Assembly: GCA_047967505.1 (NCBI GenBank)
Contig: CM106538.1
Direction: 5' to 3' (one strand)
DNA: 64,000 bases
Origin: Dipteris shenzhenensis
Lineage: Eukaryota
Shown piece after piece: positions 40,901-53,305 of this stretch (the first letter of the stretch is position 1; the number at the start of each line of letters is the position of its first letter). The notes under the pieces were generated by a model. It was not told the DNA's origin and made no database searches. It saw only the letters and a program-made list of their open reading frames with translations. The translations under genes were made by a program, and so were the position numbers.

Positions 40901-41659
40901 CTGTGGATACTTCTTGGGAGATTCTAGCGAGCATAGCATCCTAGCATATCTGGAGAACCAGATGCATAGAGGCTTTGGAGGGTACTCAGGTTCATCCCTC
41001 ACACACATTGGCTAGTATCTAGACAGACACCATACATACTTTGATGGCCGTATGGACGGGTATGCAGGGAGACTCCCGTGCAGCCAGCTAGGAGGGGTTC
41101 TTTCTTCAGGGAATGGAAGGATTCTCCTTTCTTCTCTGAGACTACTACAGGGTTGAGGTGGCACTTTCAGCCTCAGTCTTGGTTGTTTTCCACCTTACTC
41201 TGAGGGGGTTTTTTATTTTTCCTCATGATTTCATGATCTATTCCGCTTTGAGCTTGCTCTCGCGGGTTTTTCTCTTACTTAATAAAAGTCTCTTTCTTGG
41301 GAAAAAAAAAAACTGGAGCACCATACTTCAATACCTGCGTGGAATGCAATAACATGGCATCATTAATTAAAGTGGCACAAGAGTCCTTTTTCTGCGAACG
41401 TTGCAAAAAGAAAGTTGACCCTGTACATGTTGCACAAATCCATGGCCAAGTCTTAGCTCTAGACGGAGAGATTGTCAATATCACTGTACATGAACCATGG
41501 CTCCCTGCTTTTATGCAAATCGATGAAGACATAGTTACCTACTTTCTGCAAGATGAGGTTGCATTCCGCCAAAAGATATCCATGATAAAGAAATTTGGTG
41601 AATTTCATGTCAATGCGTCTATGTGCATTACTAGTTTCAATGATATAGAACAGATCTAG
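37948..41659 (+). pseudogene. Spliced RPA70-like OB-fold gene with C4 zinc finger, interrupted by an L1 insertion; upstream of copy C
   Basis: RVENFQV..GDSKFLIKV..LKVDDGTTFADMTT | intron 38626-38728 | LAFWEDF..FVKE | intron 38966-39065 | IIGEFIFENTGA[L1]PYFNTCVECNN..FFCERCKKK.. to stop 41659. The CxxC..CxxC Zn ribbon resembles RPA70 DBD-C. Confidence 0.8.
39102..41311 (+). mobile_element. 5'-truncated L1-like LINE with poly(A) tail and 9-bp target-site duplication
   Basis: ORF2 C-terminal motifs IRYLG, KLDLASRVVVVNQVL and KVAWETLILP..GGLNI. AATAAA at 41281, A-run 41302-41312. TSD ACTGGAGCA at 39093-39101 and 41312-41320. Confidence 0.95.
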
Positions 41660-41965
41660 TACTCAGTTCTTGCCAAACAATTCCATGAAACTACACTCAT
41701 CTTAGCCAGAGGATCAAAAAAAAAGGAAAGGCAAAAACAGGCAACTAGACAGTTGTACATATGACCTTGTTTGCAGCAACACTCCTATCACTTTTTTTCT
41801 TCAGCTGCTGTTGTAAATAATATTATAGGTTTTTGCACATGGTGTGGAGTTACTGTACTGTTTCAATTGCAATAAAGCTAGTCGTGCAATACTTTTATAT
41901 AATATTGTACCATTAGGATATCACAAAAAACAATGACAAAGTAAAAAAAAGTACTATCTAGACCT

Positions 41966-44900
41966 GTGCAACAATTAATTTCACTTGACAATGTCTTATT
42001 AAGTCAACGTTGCACACGAATTTTCAATTATCCATTCATAACTAGTAATTGTCTAATTAATTCTATTTCATATTGCATAGAACAGAGTCTAACATCCATG
42101 ACCTTACGTTATATAATGCAACATTTTATGCAAAAGCTTGAACAACGGGATAACATGGCACTATCTTGTTTATCATGCGCCCTTGCACCGGAGTTTTTAC
42201 AAAGTCTTCATAATGTCCAAACACCAAGCGAGTATCTCTATCAAATGGCTTTACCAGCTGAACAAGGCGGCCTATGGGGTGATCACTTTTCAATCCAGTG
42301 GGCATCAGATTACTACTCAGACCTATTACTGTATGGTTACTCGTATCATAATAACATTAACATGGCAGTCACTTTCAAATGCCTCCTGTGCAAATAGCAT
42401 ACGATGATAGACCTGGTCATACACAACACTTGAGCCAATTTTGCCTACTCTCGATCAGTACCCATGTACAGAAGAATGTATACCAACTATCTATACCAAA
42501 TATGAACGTCGAATAACTATGAGTCTTGATCTAGTCAAAGAAACTCAAGAGATAAACAACATTGAAATTAAAATGAAATCAATTCCTCTAGCAATGCAAG
42601 ATCATGGCGACATCATAAACACAATGTTAAATACAAAAAGAAAATGCAAAAAGTGGACAATTGAGAACAATGACTCGCTTCATGAAATAATGGACAGAAA
42701 CAAATGCAGTAATGACAAAACAATTGCAGAGCAATTTATAAAACAAGGAGAGGCCAATGAATGGAATAGTACGCAAGTCGTTGCGCACATACGAATCTTA
42801 CGAAAAAAAGCCAACAAAACATGCTGCAAGAACAAAGTGATGATACTACAATGAAGAATTTCAGCATTCAAGTGTCAAAAAAACATTCGAAATGCACACG
42901 GGAAAGTATTTCCCCACCAGCCTTGAATGAGAAAAAGAGAACAAGGAACAGGAGCACCCACTATTCTCATAGTCCATGGTCATTACACAACGATGAAAAG
43001 CTTCTTTCAATGCTACAAGTCGAAGGTTGTACATGCTTTAAGCATGCTATTGTAGATACTCCTACATACGCATGCTACTGTTGTCATAGGCTATTTTTCC
43101 TTCAGCAAGTAACAGAAGCAAGCGAAACTGTAATAACGTTCTTGCGTGAAGCATCGGCTCAACTTTGTTGACAATGCAAATGTATGCAAAGCTTGCTTGC
43201 AAGACATTAACAAAGACAAAATTGCACGATATATTGATCCAACTAAAATGGAATTAAATACATCTATCAAAGAGATATCAAGTTTAAACTAGCTCGAAGA
43301 ACGCTTGATATAACCATGTGCAACTTTCACATAGATACGACAATACTCTGAATATGGGCAATGCATCATGAAAGGAAGCATCATCAATGTACCAAAGAAC
43401 ATAGATAATGTATAATCCGTTTTGCCACGCCAACTAGATGATGGAACAACAATTATTGTTGCAATAAAAAGACGTCTCCAGTACAAAAATCCATACACTG
43501 CAGGAATCGTGCGTCCTAACCATGTTATGAAAGCTCTACGTATCTTGATTGACAAGCCTATTTACAAAGAAGCAAACGTAGCAAGGCTACCACATTCAAT
43601 ATTTCAATAGTTACAGACGAGGACACCAACATTGAAAATATAGAGAACTGTATCGATGTGCACAAAAGTAACACAACTAAAATATACATAAACATGCTTT
43701 TGCATGGTTTTATGAGTTCGCATGCTATCTTTGACAATGAACTCAAGTACTAGCAATAGCTCCAAGTGAAGACCAAACTATCTGGAACACCTGCACAAAC
43801 AGGTGTTTGCAATGATCATACAGCTAGGGCCTCCAACATTTTTCGTGACCACAAGCGCAGAGAGTAGATGGGCCCCTTTACAAATTGCTCTAAGAAAACT
43901 AATGATTCGGGAACATGGGCATGACACAAGAGAAATTTATGTGCATGAGCTTATACGAAATGACCCTGTAACATGTGCACGCTATTACAATCATCGGACG
44001 CAAGCACTGAGAACACTTTTGAAAACGTACGATATGATGTTTGGACAGGTAGATGATTTTTTCTCAGTCACAGAAGCCCAAAATCGAGGAAGCCTTCATG
44101 AGCCCCTACTCCTTTGGACAACAAACGCTCCATACTACAACAACACAACAAATGATAAAGTGACAGAGTTTGTAGACAAATACATATCTTGTGATGAAAC
44201 ACTATTGGACCCTATTATTTGTGACATCCAAAAACATCATCACACTTACAGTTGCAAAAAAAGGAGCAACAAACATGTCGATTTCATTATCCTTTACCAC
44301 CAATGAACAAAACAACAATTCTTACACCACTAAAAAATCATTGCAAAGAAGTAATGAAAACATTACAAGAAATATACCAAGCATTAAACTCTGTCTCAAG
44401 TTTAGATGACTGAACATTGCTACAGTTCTTAGAAGAGCTTAACTTGGATGAAGAGCAATATATAAAATGCCTTCGAAGTAGCTTACGGAGACCCACCCTT
44501 TTTTTGAAAAGACCGCTACACAGCATATGGACAAATTGCTTCAACAAACATGCACTGCCTCTTTGGCAAGCAAACACGGATGCACAATTCATACTAGACC
44601 CTTACGCAACGGTAAGCTACTATTCATCGTACATCACTAAAGTTGATAACACAATCACAAAAGAACTACATGAAATAATGACACAATGTCATCTAGACCA
44701 AACTGATCCAGCAACTCAGATTCAAAAAATGGAAAGTGCTTTTTTGAACATGTAGCAAATGTCGGCACAACAAGCAATGTATATAGTTCTATTACTTCCA
44801 ATGTACCATTCATCCAGACCATGCCAGTTCATCAATAAAACGCCATCAGAAGACCGTGCTTTTGTTGAAACCACCCATGGTACTGCAAACCTTGCCAAAT

Positions 44901-47551
44901 GATTCCATTGATGTCATTTGTCCATCTTTAATTGACAGGTACATTTGTCGACTAGCCTTCATTGAGAACTTGTCTCTATCTAAAGTAACATCATGCTCAC
45001 AAACACTTTTGAAAAAGAAAGGAGCCACAGATCATTCGATACGTGCATTATAAAAAATCTGTGATCCGACAAATTACTACAGGCAACAAATACTTATGTA
45101 CATACCTTTTCGCAAAAAGGAAGACAATATAAAAAAACAAAATGAAACGTGGTATGATACTTTCAAAAGATATATCGCAAATTAAAGAAACTCCAAGTAA
45201 GTTCATATGCAACGTGCAAATAACCTATACTAGCAACAGCATAAAATGGAATGAGATAAGAGCAAAGAGCTCATGAACTAGCAACTTAATCACACAACAC
45301 ACTATGGATAGAAGCTTTTCGAGGAGCGGCACTACTAGAACCAGCGACAACAATCAACGTAATGAACTATGATCCCACTCCTGACATAAACACCATTGCC
45401 ACAAACATAGTTACAAGACAAGAGAAGACAAACCAACCAATGTTTGAAACAATTCAGCTAAAGCATGTCATGTTATCATCACTAGAACATCATCATCAAA
45501 TTCAAGGCTTAAACGAAGAACAAAGGCTAATTTTATACGACATAATGTACAGAAAAAGAACGAGCCCTGCCATTCCATTGCATATTTTCATCACCGGAGG
45601 CGCAGGAACAAGAAAAAGTACTATCCTAAGCTTAGTGCAACTAACTAGAATCTACAACAAAGAACTAGGCATTGATCCATTGAAATTGAAAGTACTAAAA
45701 ACTGCTTACACTGGTAAAGCTGCATGCCCACATAGACAGAAGCACAATTCATGCATCTTTAGGGATTCCTGTTAATTATAAGAACTTAACACACTTGCAC
45801 TTACAAAACGAGAGCCTTCCATTGCAAGCAATAAACTAGACATGCTAACCAAGGCTTACAATGGGCTCAAAGCAATAGTAATTGATGCAATTTCTCTTGT
45901 GGGTAGTAGAATGTTCACATTCATTGATCAAAGATTGTGTGACATCATGCATGTTCAACATCTACCATTTGGTGACCTCGATGTTATTTTGGTTGGTAAC
46001 CTATGCCAAATCCCTCCTATAAGAGACAAATGGACATTTCACGAAACATCAGCTCTCCAACCTGCACAGTTTTGGCAAGATTGTACCAATTGACAAAGCC
46101 TATGCGACAAGAAGATCCAGAGTTTGTAAGCATGTTGAACAGGTTCAAAACAACAATGCAAACAGATAACGACATCAACATAAACAGCACTTGTTGTAAG
46201 CCTCTCCCACCTAACTTAACAATTCGTCACTTGTTCTATTACGTCAAATCAACCAAACACCACAATGATATGATCCTCAACAAAACAGCAAGATATCTAT
46301 TCACATTTCATGCAACAGATACACACACAGGCACGTGCCCTAAATATTTTTTCCTACCTAATAATCCTCAGAAAACAGTTGGTTTGCACTAAACATTATA
46401 GTTCAAAATAGAAACAACCATAGAACTATGCACTGGGAACTACAACATTAACGATAGACTTGTAAACGGTGTTGATGGTCTTTTCAAAGAAACAAACATT
46501 GACAATAAAGGTCCAATTATTGGATCAAATTTCACAACCAAAAAGAAGGTGAGGTAACACGCTCAAAAAACAAGCACTTGTACGTAGATAATATACAAAA
46601 ACAATAGACGCCGATTCGACCAATAACAAGGGACATCCAAATTGGCCAAAACAAGCACCACAATAACAAGAACAAAATTCCCAACACAACCTGCAACTGC
46701 TAGAACAATACATCGCTCCCAAAGCATGACATTAGATAGTCTTGCATTTGATCCAACGAGTTCAACAAAACATGGCCTAACATACACAACACTATCACGT
46801 GTACGCCGCAAAGATCAATTATACTTACTGAAGCCACTATCACACACAAATTTCAACTTTGATCCAAAGGTCCAAAAAGAAATGACAAGACTATCCATAG
46901 AAAGAGCATGGAACTTAGCTATTCCAAATCTGCCAATTTAAAGACACACACTTGATTCTCCAATCGTTGAACACAAGATCTTTACCTTCACATTATGAAG
47001 ACATCAACCACAATTTCAACTTACAAGTCTCTGATATACTCTGTTTGCAAGAGACAAGAACCCATGATTCATCCCTCTACTTTGATCGATCGCAATATAA
47101 AGCAATAACAACAAACAACACATAAAACACAAATGAAAATGAATTCATTGCAGCACACATCAACCCTTGTACAAGAAATTCAATATTTAACATTTCGACA
47201 TATCGCTCTCCAAGAGCAAACACTGATACATATCTACATGAACTGCAAGATGTGTTGATGCTCTCCCCACCACCATGTCCAAGAATCGTGCTTGGTGACT
47301 TTAACACAGACATGCTAGCCTCCAATCCAGAACAATCAAAATAACAAATGCTCATGGACAACTTTAGCATGAAGCTCACATTGAAACAATCATTAACGGT
47401 TTATAACTCACAATTAGATCATATATGGACAAATGCACATTTACAAGACAGCATATCTAGCACCACAATGGCATATTGGATTGACCATGTTCCAATTTAC
47501 CTTGCCTATCACATACCGACACATATCCCACAACTCATCCCTTCAGTGTAA
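41966..47551 (+). mobile_element. Helentron/Helitron2-type RepHel-EN pseudogene, copy C (most complete)
   Basis: OTU-like SNCLINSISY..LR..GGLWGDHF; Myb-like KKWTIENNDSL; CYCCHRL; QLGPPTFF; EAQNRGSLHEPLLLW (44073-); NTDAQFILDPYATVSYYSSYITK; Walker A GGAGTRKST (~45596); Walker B IVIDAISLV; GNLCQIPP; TIHRSQSMT; YTTLSRVR; APE motifs LNTRSL..H, LCLQET, LGDFNTD, LDHIWTN and WIDHVPI. Confidence 0.95.
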
Positions 47552-49230
47552 GTTCCTTACTATTCACCAATCAATAAAATCAATATGCAATACCATAACA
47601 AAGACTCTAGAAAATTGATAATGTTTATGTCATGCACGATTACATCCTTCTTAAAATTAAATACATTTATGTCATGAACAATAACTAGGGCATTTGGCTA
47701 CAACTAACACCAGCAAACCATGCATCTGACCAAATTCCCTATCCATTCCAGAGATCCAGCCATACATTCTCAACGCTTCGAAGACCTCTCCTAGAACTCA
47801 ACATCTCAGGTACCAATAAAATAAATATCTAGTTCTACACATTCTTAACATACTTTTACCCATTACAATATTCCTTTGTCCTTTTCCAAATTCTGAAAAA
47901 TAAGATCTGACGAGAAAACATAGGGCTCGACAACACGTGCATATTTCCAACCTTTAAAACACTATCACAAATTCTATTTCCCTAAGAAACACAGCCATAG
48001 TTTTTCATCTTACATGGCTTCAACAATCAACCCTGTTTCTATAACAATTACATGGTATTGGTATGTAAACAATACTTTCATATTGCATATATTCACATAC
48101 TCATACAAAGACATCCATTTTTTTTCTACCACAACCTTTTTTTTTTTTTTTTAAAGTAAAACTTTACATTAAATATAGAAGGCAATGCTCACAAGTACTT
48201 GTCCTCGCAAGTTTGACTAGAAGAACATTCCTAGACCTCATTTGTTTAGTGAAATACCTTCACAATTGGAGTCATTGAACTCCTACTACAAGTACCTTTC
48301 AAGCTTTCTAGAAGGGAATGACCTCCTACAAGTACCTTTCAAGCCTTCTAGAATTCCCTTGTAATACAATGCCTTCCTAATTCAGCAACTAGAAAATTAC
48401 CTTGCACTTTTAACAATAGTCACTACCTTGGGATATGGTGCCTATCTAACAGTAGGACCTAAAAACTGCATACCATTTTGGAATCATGCTGATTTGGAAT
48501 AAGTCTTCTTTCAATAGTGAGTTTCCTTCATTGAGGTAGTTAGAGGGCTTAAGCTTGCTGAGCATCAGGCAAAGCACCTCATTCTCCATGAAGATCGCCC
48601 ATTTTTTTTCTTAGAATATGGCACCTAGGTTTTTATATGGCAAACATTATCTCTTAGCTCAAGTGTACTAGGTCTATGTGGAAAGCAAGATTTAACTACA
48701 AAAGACTACGGTGGTTCAACTTGTCCTCTTGTAGTGTGAGTGCCTGAAAGATGACTAAGAAAAAACAAAATTATTTGTTATAGTTAGGAGTGTCGTTCGG
48801 AGTGATAAGAATTAATTTGAATTTTGCTTTACTTTTTCAAATGCACATCCATGTTTGGATTCCATTTGTAGCTATAATCCTTTTTCAAGATCTTAACCAA
48901 GGGCAAAAGTTTGAGATTCATAATCAAGAATGAACGTTTGGTAATGTCCCACTCCATTGAGGAAACTCCAAAGCTACTAGACATTCCTAGGAGCCAAAAG
49001 CTACTCGACAAACTAAACTTTGTTGAGGTCGACCACAATCCCCATGATGGCTTATAGCATTTCCTAGAAGCACTCCAAAAATGCAATCCTCAAATCTTCA
49101 ATGTAAGTATTCTAAGAGAAAAATGCCAAACAAGTCATTCATGATGCATTAATAAGTCCCATTAATAAGTCCTAGTGCAACCCGAAAAGCATGAGTGACT
49201 CGACAATCAATCGTCGGCATCTTAACCCCA

Positions 49231-49396
49231 TGCAAGTCACCACATAGAGCCACCCAGCACTTGAAAAGTGCAGCTGTTAATTTGGAATACAAATTCTATA
49301 CTAGGCTATATATTGCAAGTCACCACATAGAGCCACCCAGCACTTGAAAAGTGCAGCTGTTAATTTGGAATACAAGTACTAGGCTATATATTGCAA
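49231..49396. repeat. 2 x ~83-bp tandem duplication
   Basis: TGCAAGTCACCACATAGAGCCACCCAGCACTTGAAAAGTGCAGCTG starts at 49231 and again at 49314. Confidence 0.9.
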
Positions 49397-49477
49397 CTCC
49401 CCAATCCTCCACAATAGGGCTGAGGTAGCCTCAAACCTATTGTATTGGGCACCTACATATCCACCTTTTCAGCATAT

Positions 49478-49682
49478 ATATACCTTTGTAAGACTAGAAT
49501 AAGTCCAATCATAAAAATTTAGAATTTTTGTTGTTCTAAAGATCAAAAATCTACAAAGAAAATAAAAGAGAATGAAAGAGAATAAAAAAGAGTTAAACAA
49601 AAACTTTTATGAAAAACAAAAGACAGACATACTTGGCAAGCAAAGCAACACTTATGTCGTCATCAATGCCCAAGCATAAGCA
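49478..49682. repeat. ~200-bp dispersed repeat, copy 2 (see 12317-12517)
   Basis: Direct alignment by eye with 12317-12517. Confidence 0.9.
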
Positions 49683-49855
49683 ACTATACTAGGTTTCTAA
49701 AGACCCACGAAGTCTCTTGGGCAAAACCCAATGCTGACTAAAATATGTCAAATAAACAAAAGAGAATGAAAACAAGAAATAAAGAAGAAACGATAGAGGT
49801 GACCATAGCAAAAATAAACAAGCAAGTCAAGAAACAAAAACTTCCAAAAAACTAG

Positions 49856-49893
<38 letters not shown>

Positions 49894-50029
49894 AAAACAT
49901 CTAGGGCCCAAAAGCATATTCAGAGATGTAGCTTTCAACAAGAAAATGCAAAAATATCCCAAATTCTTTTTAAAAAACACTTAGCTGAATGATCAGGACT
50001 GACAAAGTTCTAACATCAAGGAGCATACC

Positions 50030-52182
50030 TGTTGAAACACTGAAAGGAAAGAGTAGAGTGGACACAAAATCAGAGTACTTGCATTACTTAGTTGTAGAAT
50101 GAAGAAGAGTGAGGTCCTTAAGTAGGCACCTCATACATGCTCACTGACATCACTGATGACTTCAAAGCTCCACAATCATCTCCTCAATCTGCTCCTAGAT
50201 TCACTCAATCATCCCATGTGGCTTTTCCGCCACCTAACTGTGCTTGTGGGCACCTAACTGTGCCTCTAGCACTCACACATAGAAACATAAGGTGTGCCTG
50301 AGGCATACACCTTGAGATATCCCAACAAACCCCCCCTCAAGGAAATGCCTCAGGCTATGTCAAGGATACATCTAGTCTCATAGTTTCTCATGCCATCTCA
50401 TGGTGGTCAAGGATAAATCTATGGCTAGGTTCTCATGCTAGCAAGGGTTTCCTTGGGTGTAAGGTAAACTGAAAGGGATACAAACAAACTTTCCAATGGT
50501 TATCTCCCCTGCATGTACATGCACACAATGTCTGCAGGAGGTACCATGGAACAGAACATACACATGGCCTACATCATAAGGTGACCAGAGGTGTTTACAA
50601 AACACACAACACACAATAATTTATTTTCATTCATTTTGGAGGACTATCCAGGCTGAGTACCTTGACATAAAAAGAGTGATCTGGAGCATACATAGAGATG
50701 ATTTAAAATGCATAATCTTCAAAGGATGCCTCATCTTGTGGAGGCAAAATATCCATGTCAAGGCAAGGTCTTACCACATGGGCAGTGTCTAGTGCCTTAT
50801 AAGATGGTACTATGATAGAACAAGTGGATCTGAAAGTCGTATCCTTCATGAGAACAATTATCTTGTCATCTCCATAGTTGTGTAGAGAAGCATATCTTAG
50901 GTATCTGAGCTTCATCTTTTTCTTGTACTTGGAGTCAAATAAAAGTGCCATGAGGGTAGATCTCTGTATTTGCTTCCTTTTTGGCAACCATTGTTTTGGC
51001 AATCTTCATCAAGGAAGTCAGGTTGGCATTTTCATCCTTTGTAGCATAACAAGATATTGTTTTATGTTTTGGCTTTTCACATATTTTGCATGAACAAGCC
51101 ATGAGAGGCTCTAACCCAGGTATTGGGTAGTGTCTTCTCTCTTACAAGGCAAAAAACTTTTGCATGCTTCATAGGAGTGAATGAAATAAACACTTTCCAA
51201 TCACATCCAAGTCTAGCAAGTCAAAACAAAACTGAAGCAACACTTGTAGTGAAGTTATTGAAAACTTCAAAAGACCAAAAATGCTAGAGTAGCATTTTAT
51301 GTAGCATCTTTTTCAAAAGTATGTCAAAAACTGTCAAAACTAGAGAGCTGAACTTGGAGGGCTCATATCACACTCTTCAAAGCAAAAGAAAGAGGGCTTT
51401 CTGAGGCAAAAGAAAGCTGGTATACCACAGTAGATCCTCTGGGAAGAAGAGGCGAAAATATGCGTCAGGTCGCCTTCACCTTCATGAACAAAGTCGACTG
51501 GTTTTTCTCTGTTTTCTCCTTCAATATGCAGCCATTGCTGCTCAGATTTCAGCACAAGGTAGCTCTAGGTATGGAGAAGCTTGCCCTAGAAGGAATTAGG
51601 AAAAGACAGAGCAGGTGCAGAGAACTTGCAGTAGAGGATTTCAACGACTTTTCTGCAATGGCGACGAGCAGCGCGTGTATTTTGTCAATTCCTTCCAGCC
51701 CGAAGTTCGCCCAAACCAGAGGAATCTCCAACAGAAAGGGCGTGGGAAATGGTTGAGGATGGAAGGAGAACAAGCTCAAGCAAAATTTTTGGAGAAGGGG
51801 GTAAGATGGTGAAGAAGAAGAAGAAGATGATGATGATGATGTGGCAGAAATGGGCTCAAGGAGGATCAAATGGCTCTGATACCATGTTGAAACACTGAAA
51901 GGAAAGAATAGAGTGGACACAAAATCAGAGTACTTGCATTACTTAGTTGTAGAATGAAGAAGAGTGAGGTCCTTAAGTAGGCACCTCATACATGCTCACT
52001 GACATCACTGATGACTTCAAAGCTCCACAATCATCTCCTCAATCTGCTCCTAGATTCACTCAATCATCCTATGTGGCTTTTCCACCACCTAACTGTGCTT
52101 GTGGGCACCTAACTGTGCCTCTAGCACTCACACATAGAAACATAAGGTGTGCCTGAGGCATACACCTTGAGATATCCCAACA
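50030..52182 (-). mobile_element. Complete non-autonomous LTR retrotransposon (2153 bp), Copia-like signals
   Basis: Two 298-bp TG...CA LTRs (50030-50327, 51885-52182) with 3 visible transitions; 5-bp TSD ATACC (50025-50029, 52183-52187). Minus strand has tRNA-iMet PBS TGGTATCAGAGC (51873-51884) and PPT TTGAGGGGGGGTT (50328-50340). No pol ORF. Confidence 0.97.
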
Positions 52183-53305
52183 ATACCCACTCTACATTGA
52201 ATATGGTACTTGACATAATATACCTCCTCACAAGTATGAAATATGACAGCAAAAAACATTTAATCTCAAAACCGCAGTATAAGAGACTGAGGAAAAGAGC
52301 ATCCCATGGCATCAATAACTACAGGCCAATCCATACATGGTAAAGGGGTTGTAAGAGTGAACTGCGTGGCATGCATAACAGACAGAGCTAAATGGCTTTC
52401 AAAAACTCCACACTACTTAGAAACAGAAGGTTGCCATTGTCTATCAGACCCTAATCAGCAAGCTGGCGTCTCCAAACAGGAGCTAGCAGACTGCAAGTCT
52501 ACATGGAAGAAAGCTGAACAATCTGCTTATGTACACACCCAGTGCATCATGTAGGTTGACAGTTAATGCCCATACAACTAAAAGGGATAGTAGAACAGAT
52601 AAATTAAAGAACAGTTCTGAAAGAAAATTACAGATACTTACAAACCAAAGCCTATAATCCACCTCCAGCACCTATACAACAGGTTTGAAATACTGGCCTG
52701 CTGATGATGGGCAAAATACATTGACATAAACTCGAGAGGGAGAGAAATGGAACCACAGAGACAAAGTTTGATTCTATATAATTCATTGCATAGAAAAACT
52801 ACAAAGACGCATGATAACCCTTACTGCTTCATACAACCAATCCTTGTCTCAAAAAAGTTGCTGGCAAACAATGCCGAACCACCCTGCTGATGTACATATC
52901 TATCACAGTAAAAGCTCCTCTCTGGGTGCAACTCCACCACCCTAAAGTCCGTGTCGATCCTCCTGAATTGATAGTTAATCCAACCCTAATGCATATAAAA
53001 GGAGCTAAAAGCCAAATAAAGGAATGGAACCGCCCCAAAAAAGAGTATTCAGGTGAGATTTGGCCGCTTGAACTTCAAATTTATTCAGTCATAATCTCTA
53101 CAGTTTAAAAATGAGGAAAATACCAGATTGTCAGCGACTTTGTGGACTGCTTGTGAATTGCTAAGTGGCAGCTTTCTTCCAAGCGGGTTTAGAAAAATGG
53201 AACATGTGATCTTCGGGGGAAAAAAAGTTGATTTTCATATGGCTCACTGCAAACACAGGCTGCTGCTGACTTTCCATAATTTACATATTGATACAAGACC
53301 TAAGA

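Noticed and set aside
47600-49230. 3' terminus of Helentron copy C, and 5' termini of copies B and C around 34-36 kb
   Set aside because: No convincing hairpin, CTRR or subterminal inverted repeat was found by eye, so the element boundaries remain undefined.
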